24,039 bases of DNA, from positions 1 to 24,039 of the IMG/VR virus record IMGVR_UViG_3300031566_000364; one strand, given 5' to 3'. Numbering within the stretch: position 1 is the stretch's first letter; every line of letters starts with the position of its first letter. Positions 1 through 9,147 of this stretch are shown piece after piece. Source of the stretch: a virus (Duplodnaviria; Caudoviricetes). A model generated the notes under the pieces. It searched no databases. It was not told the origin of the DNA and saw only the letters and a list, made by a program, of their open reading frames with translations. The position numbers and the translations under genes were made by a program.

Positions 1-850
1 TATCCTCTATCACATCGCAACCCTGCACGGCGTATTCTAGAGTAGCCCCCCCATAAATCCCAGGTGTCTTCTGCGTCATCACATACCACTCAACGGTGCG
101 GGCCACGGTATCATCCACCTCGACCTGCTGCGTCTTGCGCGCCCTATTGCACATCGAATGCCAAATGTTCGATGCTTCGCATTGCGTCGTCGCCGTGGCA
201 TTAAAAGCCACCGCCGCCGATTCGTGCCATGTGTCCGCGTCCCAGGCAGCAGCAGCGGCCGCCTCGGCGGCGGCGCGGTTGGGCTCGGAAACGCCCTGCC
301 CCTGTCGATACGCCGGATCCACTATCGATATTGCGTCGCCGTCCAGGAGTTGCCATATCAGCATGTTCAGGGCCGTCTGGATATCGTACATGATCCAGGG
401 GCCGATGATGTCACCCGCCACGGCATAGCCACCTGGCGAGATATAAGCCGGATCCGCCCAGTCCGTCCAATCGGTGGGGATAGTCGTAACTCGGCGGAAC
501 CCAGTATACTCGCCTCCACCACTCACGGCCTTTATCAGGTTGGCGGTCGTCCAAACGGGGATGGTTGTCTCACCGTCATAGTAATCGGCGGCGCGGGGCG
601 TCCCGTCGAGATCGTGGGACTGCACCCAATAATGTAAGGTATCAAAGATCCACTTTTGCAGGTCGGCCCATCCCATCCGACCTGCGGCGTGTGTTAGTGT
701 CTGTGCGATGTCCCCGGCAACCGGCACCGACTTCGCAGCCTCCCCAAGGACCGTCAAGCGCTCGTTCCAGGCTCCGACAAACTCAGTGGCATTGAGGACT
801 CTATTGAAAGGCGTCGTGCCCCAGCCAAGACCTGTTGTTGTCCAACTCAT
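1..850 (-). CDS. Putative tail-tip/minor tail protein, 3' end truncated by the window edge (>=283 aa; not in the supplied ORF track)
   Basis: ATG at 850 overlaps the TGA of 847..1851 (ATGA). Manual translation is open to base 1: MSWTTTGLGWGTTPFNRVLNATEFVGAWNERL...GDIIGPWIMYDIQTALNML...EYAVQGCDVIED. Function inferred from position only. Confidence 0.8.
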   Translation of the reverse strand, partial: MSWTTTGLGWGTTPFNRVLNATEFVGAWNERLTVLGEAAKSVPVAGDIAQTLTHAAGRMGWADLQKWIFDTLHYWVQSHDLDGTPRAADYYDGETTIPVWTTANLIKAVSGGGEYTGFRRVTTIPTDWTDWADPAYISPGGYAVAGDIIGPWIMYDIQTALNMLIWQLLDGDAISIVDPAYRQGQGVSEPNRAAAEAAAAAAWDADTWHESAAVAFNATATTQCEASNIWHSMCNRARKTQQVEVDDTVARTVEWYVMTQKTPGIYGGATLEYAVQGCDVIED

Positions 851-1851
851 GGGCCAACGAACCTCACATAGTCCCAGACCGCCACGCCGCCGATGATGGT
901 CAGGACTTGATAGTTTGTAACTGAACTTTCGGTGATGGTATGTTTATAGACGCCACCACCAACATCAGTGCCGATGACGACTGTGTTCGCAGCAGGTGTC
1001 TTGGCTAGTGTGTCAGTGTGAACACCAGCGTTTAGGAGTGTGTGTGTTTTGACGCCACCGAAAGACAGCCGCACAACAGCCCATTTTAGGCCAGTACCAC
1101 CCTGGATCAACAGGATCTGAGCAGCTCCTGTGACCCCACTTGTGAGATAATCACGCTCATTGTTAGTGACGTCAGCAAAGTCGTGGTCAGTACTCGTTAC
1201 ATTGATCTTTACCGGGCAGACACCGGCAGCGTAGCCGGAACCCTTTGCTCCACTTAGAATGTCCTGTGCTGCTATCACAAATAATCCGGTGTGAGCGGCC
1301 GTTGTCGGAGTTATTCCGGAAATTGCTACACGGCGTTTGAATTCTGGAAGATCAGCTGTGGGGTCAACTATGGCGGCATCAATACCGAGGATTTGACAAG
1401 CAGTAATGTTGACACCGCTAGTATTTTCGATAAGAATAGTATGGGAAAGTTCAGTCGGTCCTACTATTACCCCTGCAACATTGTAGTCGTCTTCAGGATG
1501 CGGGATGTAACGGAAAATGGTATCGGTACTCGCCTCCGATATTAGTCCGCTGATTACGTCGTCTCCAGTACTCCCAGTATACACCACTATATTGAACAGG
1601 TCTGCATTGGCACTGTAATATGCTCCATTCCTGTCGCACTCTCTCAGTGTCAGCGTGTTCCCACCAGTGTACGCCGCTTTCGGTCTACCGAACCGCACGT
1701 CAGGATCCTGTGGGGTATGGTAGGTACCCATTGGACCAGACTCAACACCCTTTCCTGTCGGTCTGCCGTGGAAAATCGTATCAAGCAAATCGTTGTAGTC
1801 AGTTGCCCTTATTCTACTCTTACCGGCGATTTTTCTAGTTAGCTTAGCCAT
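847..1851 (-). CDS. Putative minor tail/tail-tip protein (334 aa)
   Basis: Second gene after the tape measure; G/T/A/V-rich and beta-structured; C-terminal HTLLNAGVHTDT segment resembles a fibre motif. Function inferred from synteny. Confidence 0.65.
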   Translation of the reverse strand: MAKLTRKIAGKSRIRATDYNDLLDTIFHGRPTGKGVESGPMGTYHTPQDPDVRFGRPKAAYTGGNTLTLRECDRNGAYYSANADLFNIVVYTGSTGDDVISGLISEASTDTIFRYIPHPEDDYNVAGVIVGPTELSHTILIENTSGVNITACQILGIDAAIVDPTADLPEFKRRVAISGITPTTAAHTGLFVIAAQDILSGAKGSGYAAGVCPVKINVTSTDHDFADVTNNERDYLTSGVTGAAQILLIQGGTGLKWAVVRLSFGGVKTHTLLNAGVHTDTLAKTPAANTVVIGTDVGGGVYKHTITESSVTNYQVLTIIGGVAVWDYVRFVGP

Positions 1852-1852
1852 A

Positions 1853-2611
1853 TCAGAAATAATCTCCGAAAGATCTTTCGAAATCTATCGCCTCGTAAAG
1901 CTCATAATCTTCTCCGGTTTCCCCATCAAACAGTTGGTTTTCGTTCCATGTTATAAACTCCGGTTTTCTGGTTTCTCCGAATTCAATGCGACCGGCTCTA
2001 ATCCCGAAATTCAGAACCACATCAGAGTACCCTTTGGAATTTGTGTGAATTTGTGGGCCTTCAAACAGCCAAGTGTTCGGTGGGAAGGTATACCAGTAGT
2101 CGTCGTTGACACAGCAGGAAAAACGGAGAAGGTCGAAGATTTGCGCGCGGCTGAGTAAACCGACTACCAAATTCCGCGAATAATGTACAGTGATGCCAAG
2201 CACATCCAATTCTGGCGGAATCTTCTTTTCGTTGAAGTCTTGACGTGCCTTGATAGAACCGATAGAAGTTTCCAGCGAGTCGCTTTGGTATCCGAGAGCT
2301 TCTGGATCCGGTATCTCGATGTCTTCGCTTGTTAATCCACTTCCTGGTCCATAATTGACCTCGATCTTAGCATGCTTTACTCCCTCCACAACGTTGAATG
2401 GCCGTATAGTTATACCCCTGACTAAACTGTACGGGTCGTCCGGATGCTCTGCCCACAATTTAATGGGACCCGGCGGAGTAGACCCAGGGGTTAGAGCAGC
2501 TAAAGCAACCAAGGCACCGTCATACGGACCCTCCAAGTAGCGTACGATCGTTGTCCCGGAATCCGCTGAAAGGGATATTTCTCCGCTTGTGTAGCTTTCA
2601 ATATATTCCAT
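1853..2611 (-). CDS. Putative distal tail (Dit/hub-like) protein (252 aa)
   Basis: Directly follows the tape measure gene; acidic and aromatic-rich; size typical of distal tail proteins. Synteny-based. Confidence 0.6.
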   Translation of the reverse strand: MEYIESYTSGEISLSADSGTTIVRYLEGPYDGALVALAALTPGSTPPGPIKLWAEHPDDPYSLVRGITIRPFNVVEGVKHAKIEVNYGPGSGLTSEDIEIPDPEALGYQSDSLETSIGSIKARQDFNEKKIPPELDVLGITVHYSRNLVVGLLSRAQIFDLLRFSCCVNDDYWYTFPPNTWLFEGPQIHTNSKGYSDVVLNFGIRAGRIEFGETRKPEFITWNENQLFDGETGEDYELYEAIDFERSFGDYF

Positions 2612-2613
2612 AT

Positions 2614-5199
2614 TTAGTGTCCCCAGACGGCATTTCCGATATTAGCGATTACTGTGTCTATTGCACGACTGACTTCTTTGGCAATCTCGCTTAACAGATT
2701 CTTTGATTCTTCGATGTTTCTTGCCTGTTGTTCCGGTCCCCACTTACCTTTTGTTTCCTGGACTCCCTTTGATTGCATTAACAGCTTCCCACGCATGCCG
2801 AAGAAGACCCCACCAGGTGTGACGTACCGCTCACGAGCAAACCTATCGGTAACGGCTTTCAACTTGCGCTCATACTGCAGCGATTTCTTGATTCGTTCTT
2901 CTGTATATCCCCATCGCAGAGCCTCAACCCGCACCCAACGGTCAAGTTTGGCCCGTTCGATTTCTTCCTCTGTGTGGTCAAGTTCGTACAGTCTCCAAGC
3001 AGAATCAATGTACCACTTTCTAATTTTATTGGCTTCAGTTGTAGCATCCTTTATACTACGTTTCAACCGCTTGTCATCTTCCTCAGCAGACAACCTCGCG
3101 GTCTCTGCCAACTGGTCTTGTTCTATTCTTCCAATTGACTGTATTAAAGCGCGGTACCGCAATCCCATCTCATAGCGGTCAGTTTCCAATCTTGCACGCT
3201 GTTCACCGAGTTTTTTGTACAACTGGGACTCGTGTCTCAGACTAGCACTACTTTTAGCAAGATCTGTCAGTTTCTCATCATAGTAAGTGCTCCATGCTTC
3301 CCTTTCCTTATATATTCCAAGTAACTCCTTATCCGTTGATTCACGTACCATGGAGAGTTCTTTTTCATGTTCCGACATACCGATTCTGGCAAGGTTATAA
3401 CGAACAGCATGTAACCTTTCGGCGAACAGGAGCTTTTTCTTATCGAGTTCTAATGTCACCTTTTCAAAGCGTGTTTCAGCGTCCACTGCCATCAACCGGT
3501 CTTGTTCATATTTCAGCGCGGTTTTCAATGCTTGTACGCGGGTATTCAGGTAAACTCCCTCGGATGCGTAACCGGCTAATATGGCATCAATTCTAGCCTT
3601 TGATACATCTGTTGTTTCTTCGTATCCTCTCATTCCTTTGAAAGCCAATTTTTTCTCTTCAATAGCTTCAGCACGGAGCTCAACCTCTTTGAGAAGGCGA
3701 AGTAATTGCTCCACTCTTGTTGTTGCCTTTGGTCCGGCCTGCAATTCCCCGAGTTCCCTCATAGCATTGGCCGCTTTTTCCATGTGTTTGCCGGTTTCCT
3801 CTGTTACTTCTTCAAGTTTCCTCATTATCACCATTTGCTTGTTTGCATACCAGCCGATGGCAGCAAGCCCGATGACAAGAACAGCAAGGGTGGCTGAAAG
3901 TGCAACAGTGGCGATTTTTGCGATAGTGGCTGCTGCTGCTACACCTTTCCAAGCAATAGCTATCTTTGTGAGCAGTGCAGAGATACCCAACTTGGCAAGA
4001 GTCCAACCAAGAATTTTCCACCCAGCCGCAAAGCCAACTAGCACAAGAGTGATTGACGTAATCCATCCTATTATTGACTTTGTTCTTTCTGGCAAAACTG
4101 TTACGCCCTTGGCAAACATCTCAGTACCTTCGAGCGCAGCCTTGACAGCTGGCAGATAACTTTCTCCGATTTCTCTTGACAAAGCGCCAATAGACTTTGT
4201 CAACTGCATAACCCTGAATTGCGCTGTGTCTTGTACTATTGCCAACTTTTCCGTTGTTAGTCCGGCTCTTTCCTGCATATACGTCAAGTCTGACAGATAG
4301 CCCTCGTAGTTCTTTATCAGGGCTGCTACTGCGCGGTACCCACGGATAGTTGGAACAATTTGTCCGAGCTGCTCAGCAGTCGCATTTTTGAGGAGTTCTA
4401 GTACTCCGGTAAGACCGAGCACTTGCAGTGTCTGCTGGTTCATCTGCATGCCGAGATTCCTACCGGCTTCTTCCGTCGATCTGAGCGGACGCATAAAGGC
4501 ACGGAGTAATCCAACCAGCGCCGTCATAGCTCGCGGTGCCCTCATTCCGGTACGAGTGATCGTTGAAATGGCAGCGCCAAGTTCCTCAAGACGTATTCCA
4601 GCCATGCCTGCAGACGGAGCAATAATACCGACAACTGGAGCCAGTTCATCCATCGTGACTTTGCCGCGGCGAACGACAGCCCATAACCAGTCAGATATGT
4701 CGCCGGCACGAGTAGCCGCCATAGCGTAACTATTCAGCATCGTCGTAATGGCATCACCAGCAATTTGAACCGATGTGAAGCCGGAGACTGCTAGCTTACT
4801 GGCTTGTGTGAGTACATATAGCGACGTTCCCACCGGAACCATGGCTGACAGTACATCGTAAAGGGCCCGTGACATTACTTTGGTAGATTGGGCAAAGTCA
4901 ACAGACAGCTGTTTGACCCTGTCTGACAGCTCCCTCATAAGTATTAGTTCTTTACGCTCTAGTAAGGTTGCCACCATGGCCATCTGGTATTCAAACATGG
5001 CCGCTGCCGTTGTCGTAGCAGTGATAGCTGTGACCAATCCAGAAAAAGCAGCAATCCCAGCCGCTTGTATCGCGGTCATCACCTTCGGGTTTTCTTTGAT
5101 GAGCTTGTGTAGTGAATCCCACTTTTGTCGGAAGACTGTGTCTTTGAGGCCTACCTCGATGTAGACTCCACCGATTTTTTTGTCTCCGCCTTCAGCCAT
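2614..5199 (-). CDS. Tail tape measure protein (TP901-like core), 861 aa
   Basis: N-terminal IGGVYIEVGL; helical core (ALYDVLSA..., GKVTMDELA..., LEELGAAISTIT..G); central hydrophobic Ala/Leu/Ile segments; C-terminal coiled coil; follows the tail chaperone genes. Confidence 0.93.
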   Translation of the reverse strand: MAEGGDKKIGGVYIEVGLKDTVFRQKWDSLHKLIKENPKVMTAIQAAGIAAFSGLVTAITATTTAAAMFEYQMAMVATLLERKELILMRELSDRVKQLSVDFAQSTKVMSRALYDVLSAMVPVGTSLYVLTQASKLAVSGFTSVQIAGDAITTMLNSYAMAATRAGDISDWLWAVVRRGKVTMDELAPVVGIIAPSAGMAGIRLEELGAAISTITRTGMRAPRAMTALVGLLRAFMRPLRSTEEAGRNLGMQMNQQTLQVLGLTGVLELLKNATAEQLGQIVPTIRGYRAVAALIKNYEGYLSDLTYMQERAGLTTEKLAIVQDTAQFRVMQLTKSIGALSREIGESYLPAVKAALEGTEMFAKGVTVLPERTKSIIGWITSITLVLVGFAAGWKILGWTLAKLGISALLTKIAIAWKGVAAAATIAKIATVALSATLAVLVIGLAAIGWYANKQMVIMRKLEEVTEETGKHMEKAANAMRELGELQAGPKATTRVEQLLRLLKEVELRAEAIEEKKLAFKGMRGYEETTDVSKARIDAILAGYASEGVYLNTRVQALKTALKYEQDRLMAVDAETRFEKVTLELDKKKLLFAERLHAVRYNLARIGMSEHEKELSMVRESTDKELLGIYKEREAWSTYYDEKLTDLAKSSASLRHESQLYKKLGEQRARLETDRYEMGLRYRALIQSIGRIEQDQLAETARLSAEEDDKRLKRSIKDATTEANKIRKWYIDSAWRLYELDHTEEEIERAKLDRWVRVEALRWGYTEERIKKSLQYERKLKAVTDRFARERYVTPGGVFFGMRGKLLMQSKGVQETKGKWGPEQQARNIEESKNLLSEIAKEVSRAIDTVIANIGNAVWGH

Positions 5200-5498
5200 T
5201 AGCTTTCCTTAAAGGTTACTCCGGCCATTTTAGCAGCCAGTCGTAGGTCGTCGACGGTTTGTACCCTAACTGCCTGTCCACCAGTAAACAGGTGCCCACC
5301 TGACGGCGTGCCGGAATAATCTGCTGGTTCTAACAATCTTTCAACCTCAGCAATTTTCCAGACAAACAACTTTGCCTGGTAAAGCGACAGTTTTCCGACA
5401 TCTTCGACACTCATTCTGTAATACTTAATTAGTAGAGGAACTGATTGGTCCCATGTCAGCTCTCTGGCTTTTGGGTCGCCTCCTCTACTGCTAAAGGG
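5199..5498 (-). CDS. Tail assembly chaperone -1 frameshift extension (lambda gpGT-like T part); ORF track calls 5199..5414
   Basis: The -1 frame relative to 5456..5932 is open from about 5501 (KPFSSRGGDPKARELTWDQSVPLLIKYYRMSVEDVGKLSLYQ...) to the stop at 5199, which overlaps the tape measure start. Confidence 0.8.
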   Translation of the reverse strand, partial: PFSSRGGDPKARELTWDQSVPLLIKYYRMSVEDVGKLSLYQAKLFVWKIAEVERLLEPADYSGTPSGGHLFTGGQAVRVQTVDDLRLAAKMAGVTFKES

Positions 5499-5932
5499 TT
5501 TTCAACACCGGTTGGGTAGTTGAGCTGATCGAGGAGTGTGATCACCTCACTGATATTGGTAATTGTTACCAGACTGCACACTTCTTCTTCTGTAACTCCG
5601 GTGTTCAACTTGGAGACTGCACGCAGCAAGAAGAAACGCACGCCGAGGAGAGAACGCGACATTTCCATTTTCTCTTCGTCCGAGAAGACGTGTGCAAATA
5701 GCTCGACAATGGTGTTCTTGACTAACTCGGAGTCGAGATTAGCTTTCGCTGCACACTTCAGGAAGTCGTCCACTCGCTTAGCTTTGATATGCTCTTCGAA
5801 GTCGGCCATATCGTTGAGGTTTGTGCGCTGAGCCTGTAACTTTCTGCCACCAATCGTGATTTCACGCGAGGAGGCGAGTATCTCCGACAGTTGTGTTCTA
5901 CCGGAAACGGTGTTTTCTGCAGCGTTGCCCAT
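5456..5932 (-). CDS. Tail assembly chaperone (gpG-like), 158 aa
   Basis: Lies between tail tube and tape measure; REITIGGRKLQAQR start followed by helical acidic sequence; slippery site near the 3' end; AGAAAGG upstream. Confidence 0.85.
   Translation of the reverse strand: MGNAAENTVSGRTQLSEILASSREITIGGRKLQAQRTNLNDMADFEEHIKAKRVDDFLKCAAKANLDSELVKNTIVELFAHVFSDEEKMEMSRSLLGVRFFLLRAVSKLNTGVTEEEVCSLVTITNISEVITLLDQLNYPTGVENPLAVEEATQKPES
5492..5498 (-). other. Programmed -1 ribosomal frameshift slippery heptamer C CCT TTA
   Basis: Minus strand reads AAC CCT TTA in the chaperone frame, an X XXY YYZ heptamer lying just after the last -1 frame stop (TGA). Confidence 0.75.
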
Positions 5933-5950
5933 TTTCTGTAATCCTTTCTG

Positions 5951-6331
5951 TTAGATCGCGCCAATTGTCAGGTCGTCCGTGCCACGGAAGTTGACCGTGC
6001 AGGCACCGAGGCCGCCGACAGGAGCAGACGGGTTAATCGACAGGCAAAAAGCGTTGCCCTTGAAACCGAACCCGGTAGCAACCACGAGTTCCAACGAGGT
6101 CGCGGCGGCACCAGGAGCCGGTAGGGCTGCCGTGTCATCGAGATGCACGGTCATCGACCCGCTCCAATTCTTGAGACCCCCCCTGTATGAACGCCAACCG
6201 GTAGAGGCGAAGGTGGTTTTGTCCAACTCATCAGCCTCTACAGTCAGCGACCATTCGTGTGCGTTGACGACGGCGTTCGCATGGCCGCCTGCCCATGACA
6301 CACTCGCATCGTACCCAGCAAATTCTGTCAT
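5951..6331 (-). CDS. Major tail tube protein (minimal, 126 aa)
   Basis: Tube-protein motifs WSLTVEADELDKTTF..GWRSYRGGLKNWSGSM and terminal NFRGTDDLT; follows the tail terminator. Confidence 0.88.
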   Translation of the reverse strand: MTEFAGYDASVSWAGGHANAVVNAHEWSLTVEADELDKTTFASTGWRSYRGGLKNWSGSMTVHLDDTAALPAPGAAATSLELVVATGFGFKGNAFCLSINPSAPVGGLGACTVNFRGTDDLTIGAI

Positions 6332-6343
6332 TTTCTTTCTCCG

Positions 6344-6766
6344 TTAAATGTTCGTTGTTACTTTTCCTAAAACCAAACGGTAATTAGTTACGATGTGCCA
6401 AACACCGTCGTCTTCCCTGATTGGATGGACTCTTGTTCGCATGCACATGTAACTGTTGTATTCTTCGCCTGCAAACTCCAACGTTACATTGTCGTAGGCA
6501 GCGTGGACCTCTTCCAGAATTTCGCTGGATTCTGAAATGTCCTCACTCTTGGAATAAACATTGATGCTTAGTGTCAGGTTCTCAATCTCAGATACGCCGC
6601 AGAAAGTGTACTCAACCGGTCCACTGATCAAATCGACGACAATGAACGGGAACACAGCAGTTTTCTGCGGTGCAAGACTGAGGTAAACTCCAGTAACCCT
6701 GTTCATTAGGTCCGGAGCGCTCTTCGCCACATTTCCAATAGCCTCAATTATTGCTTTCAGATTCAT
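6344..6766 (-). CDS. Tail terminator/tail completion protein (SPP1 gp17/DUF3168-like)
   Basis: VYLSLAPQKTAVFPFIVV, INVYSKS and VWHIVTNYR pattern; position before the tube gene. Confidence 0.85.
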   Translation of the reverse strand: MNLKAIIEAIGNVAKSAPDLMNRVTGVYLSLAPQKTAVFPFIVVDLISGPVEYTFCGVSEIENLTLSINVYSKSEDISESSEILEEVHAAYDNVTLEFAGEEYNSYMCMRTRVHPIREDDGVWHIVTNYRLVLGKVTTNI

Positions 6767-6772
6767 GTTTTC

Positions 6773-7159
6773 TCAATCAACGTACGGCTTGCCAAGTAGG
6801 CGAATGATAGTCGGCATGGCACCGTAGGTAGTTTTCCAGAAAATTGGACGAGCAGCCATGTTAACGGTGCCGTCTTCAAGACAAGAGGCATAAAGACAGG
6901 TAGAACCAACAAAAATCCTTGGGTACCCGTTTGGAGCATCAATCCAGTGTATGCTCTCTATGAGTTCTCCTGTGCGATACCGCGGTGGTTCCCCTGCGCG
7001 TGATGCTGGAGGATAAGCCAGACTAATCTCCACTTTTATCGCGTTTACCAAAAAATCTCCAGCTGCCCTGAGTCTCTGGTTGAGCTCAAGTAGCGTCTTG
7101 TTGACGAATTCTTTGATCTGCAGAGACATGTAATAATTGAAGTTCATTTCAAATGCCAT
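6773..7159 (-). CDS. HK97 gp10-like neck/tail component
   Basis: PASRAGEPPRYRTGELIESI...YASCLEDGTVNMAARPIF matches the TG.L..SI / YA..LE.GT..M..RP signature. Confidence 0.88.
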   Translation of the reverse strand: MAFEMNFNYYMSLQIKEFVNKTLLELNQRLRAAGDFLVNAIKVEISLAYPPASRAGEPPRYRTGELIESIHWIDAPNGYPRIFVGSTCLYASCLEDGTVNMAARPIFWKTTYGAMPTIIRLLGKPYVD

Positions 7160-7490
7160 TCTGGTCTATCTCCTCAAGTCTCAGTACTGCTCGTATTCCG
7201 GCTTCGTCGACGTCACGAATTCCGGTGATACTGAGATAGCGGGAACCAAACACCACTCTGCAAGTGGCATCTACACCTGAAAGTCTCTTTGGGTCGCAGT
7301 ACATCTTGTGTGTGGTAGTCTCTGTTGTTTGGGCAGCTCTTATCTCCTCGAAGGAAGTCAGTGGACGGATACGACAATGCAAACGACGCACGACTCTCGT
7401 CCAAGTAACTACCGGAGTCAAGTAGTCCCCTGGAGCCCGTGTTGGCTTCTCAATATCAACCGTATGGATATAGAGGCCGGATGGGTCCAT
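7149..7490 (-). CDS. Head closure/head-tail joining protein (SPP1 gp16-like)
   Basis: 113 aa; HTVDIEKP, W......CRIRP, THKMYC and RVVFGSRYLSITGIRDVD pattern; synteny. Confidence 0.85.
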   Translation of the reverse strand: MDPSGLYIHTVDIEKPTRAPGDYLTPVVTWTRVVRRLHCRIRPLTSFEEIRAAQTTETTTHKMYCDPKRLSGVDATCRVVFGSRYLSITGIRDVDEAGIRAVLRLEEIDQNGI

Positions 7491-7723
7491 TACCCTTTAC
7501 CTTTCCCGAAGCTTCTTATCTCTTCAGCTAGGCGTGTCAAAACTTCCGTGTTCTCTTTCATGTGGTTACCAATCAAATCGAGATAATACTTGCGCTCGCG
7601 GCACGCCTCTTCCTCCCTGCGAGTGATATAACGAAGGAACAACACCACAGTGGTGATGACGGAAGCAGCCATTCCTGATTGAAAAACCCAGTCGTAACTT
7701 ATCTGCGCAATAATTGCCATCAC
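7490..7723 (-). CDS. Small membrane protein, putative holin-like (one TM helix plus amphipathic tail)
   Basis: 77 aa; hydrophobic GMAASVITTVVLFLRYI followed by charged RREEEACRERK and ENTEVLTRL; coupled to both neighbours. Confidence 0.5.
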   Translation of the reverse strand: MMAIIAQISYDWVFQSGMAASVITTVVLFLRYITRREEEACRERKYYLDLIGNHMKENTEVLTRLAEEIRSFGKGKG

Positions 7724-8835
7724 CTGTCAAGTCTCCTATTCATAAACATGCTTAGGGCCCTTTCAAATCTGTCAGAAGGAGTTATGGCATCGGCCACCCA
7801 CCGATAATCTCCGAGGGTTTCTGACTTCAAAGAAAGATTGCGACGTATGTCGGCGTATTGGATGACTATTTCAGAATATATGATAGAAGCCAATTCTGCC
7901 GGAATGGTTTCATACCCGCTGCGGTACTTAACAATGACGTTGTCGATGCCGGAAGCCCAACCAGTTGACAGGAACAAAATCCCACGGTCAGAGTAGACCG
8001 CGTAGTCAGAAAGGAAGTTGGACGGGACATACGAGGTAACCCAGGTGTTGAGGACATACTTTCCAGGAGATGGAATCAGGTCAGCACTGGCATGGTCTAT
8101 ACTGGCAGCAACCACTGCTTCCCATCCATTTCCTAGTGCGTTGATGGCGGCGACCATCGTCGACAAAGTTGTATGAGCAGAGAACAGCAGAGCACTCACC
8201 GTTTCGGTTGCTCCAATTTTTACTGTCAGCGTTATCCCGATTGATGAGACAACGACAAAAGCGGTAGAAGCTGTGGTGCTGGAGTTACGAACCATGATTC
8301 CGTTGGCTGTGGAAGTTGCCACATAATAGACGGAGATAATAGGAAAGTGATCTAGCAACAACTCGGTGTCGTTGTTCCCATCCATAAATACGCGCCTATC
8401 GGTAGCCGAGAATACCATCCCACAGATCTTCTCTGCTTGGGCGCTGACCCCATCGCACAGCTGGTCGATAATCCAGTTGTTTACGACTTGCAACACCGCT
8501 AGGTTATCTTCTAACAGGCAGGCTGTCGCTGCAGTCCGCACGAAATCTGTCGGGTCGTTTCCTGGCACCCCGACAGCCACAACCGACCAGTTGGCTGAAC
8601 CGGCGTTGACTGCTGTGACTAGTGCTGTCACCGTTGCGTAGGTAGCCAGAATGTAAGTAGTGGTTCCATTGATATTGTCGACAAGAACTAGGCCAGTCGT
8701 CGTTATCTCGACAGTCGCCGAAGTAACGCCGGCTTCTGTTGTCTTGTAAACTTCCAGACAGTCCACTCGCAGATCGAGGTCTGAGATCTTCAACCGGTCT
8801 TTGGTATTTTGGACAGTTACAAGACTCATTATCAA
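7720..8835 (-). CDS. Head-tail connector/adaptor (SPP1 gp15/HK97 gp6-like) enlarged by two inserted domains, 371 aa
   Basis: Core motifs LVTVQNTKDRLKI, SAQAEKICG..F, LLLDHFPIISV, VKYRSGYETIPAEL and KSETLGDYRW, interrupted by two similar ~90-aa T/A/V-rich inserts. Confidence 0.85.
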   Translation of the reverse strand: MIMSLVTVQNTKDRLKISDLDLRVDCLEVYKTTEAGVTSATVEITTTGLVLVDNINGTTTYILATYATVTALVTAVNAGSANWSVVAVGVPGNDPTDFVRTAATACLLEDNLAVLQVVNNWIIDQLCDGVSAQAEKICGMVFSATDRRVFMDGNNDTELLLDHFPIISVYYVATSTANGIMVRNSSTTASTAFVVVSSIGITLTVKIGATETVSALLFSAHTTLSTMVAAINALGNGWEAVVAASIDHASADLIPSPGKYVLNTWVTSYVPSNFLSDYAVYSDRGILFLSTGWASGIDNVIVKYRSGYETIPAELASIIYSEIVIQYADIRRNLSLKSETLGDYRWVADAITPSDRFERALSMFMNRRLDR

Positions 8836-9146
8836 TCCTTCAGGTACCGCGCTGTTCTTTCAAGTTTCATTGTTGTTTTCCAACCGTCGCCCGTAATAGT
8901 AGCCATAACATAGTAGTTGCCATCTTCAACGAGTGTTACAGTCGACGGGACCTCTCCGACGTAACATCCGTCAGAATATACAATGAAAGACAATGGGAGA
9001 TCAATTGCTCCTGCTACAGCCACCCCAGCTTCTGTGTAGAGGGTGGCAGTTATGATCGCGTCGTTTATATACCCTTTGGTGACCGCGTTCCTTAGACCCG
9101 AAAGGTACACCGCGGTGTCTGTCAGAATCCAAATATGTTCGCTCAT
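8832..9146 (-). CDS. Small beta-rich virion protein (possibly Ig/BppU-like), 104 aa
   Basis: YINDAIITATLY...G...DGCYVGEVP...LVEDGNYYVMAT pattern; coupled to the connector gene by ATGA. Confidence 0.55.
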   Translation of the reverse strand: MSEHIWILTDTAVYLSGLRNAVTKGYINDAIITATLYTEAGVAVAGAIDLPLSFIVYSDGCYVGEVPSTVTLVEDGNYYVMATITGDGWKTTMKLERTARYLKD

Positions 9147-9147
9147 G

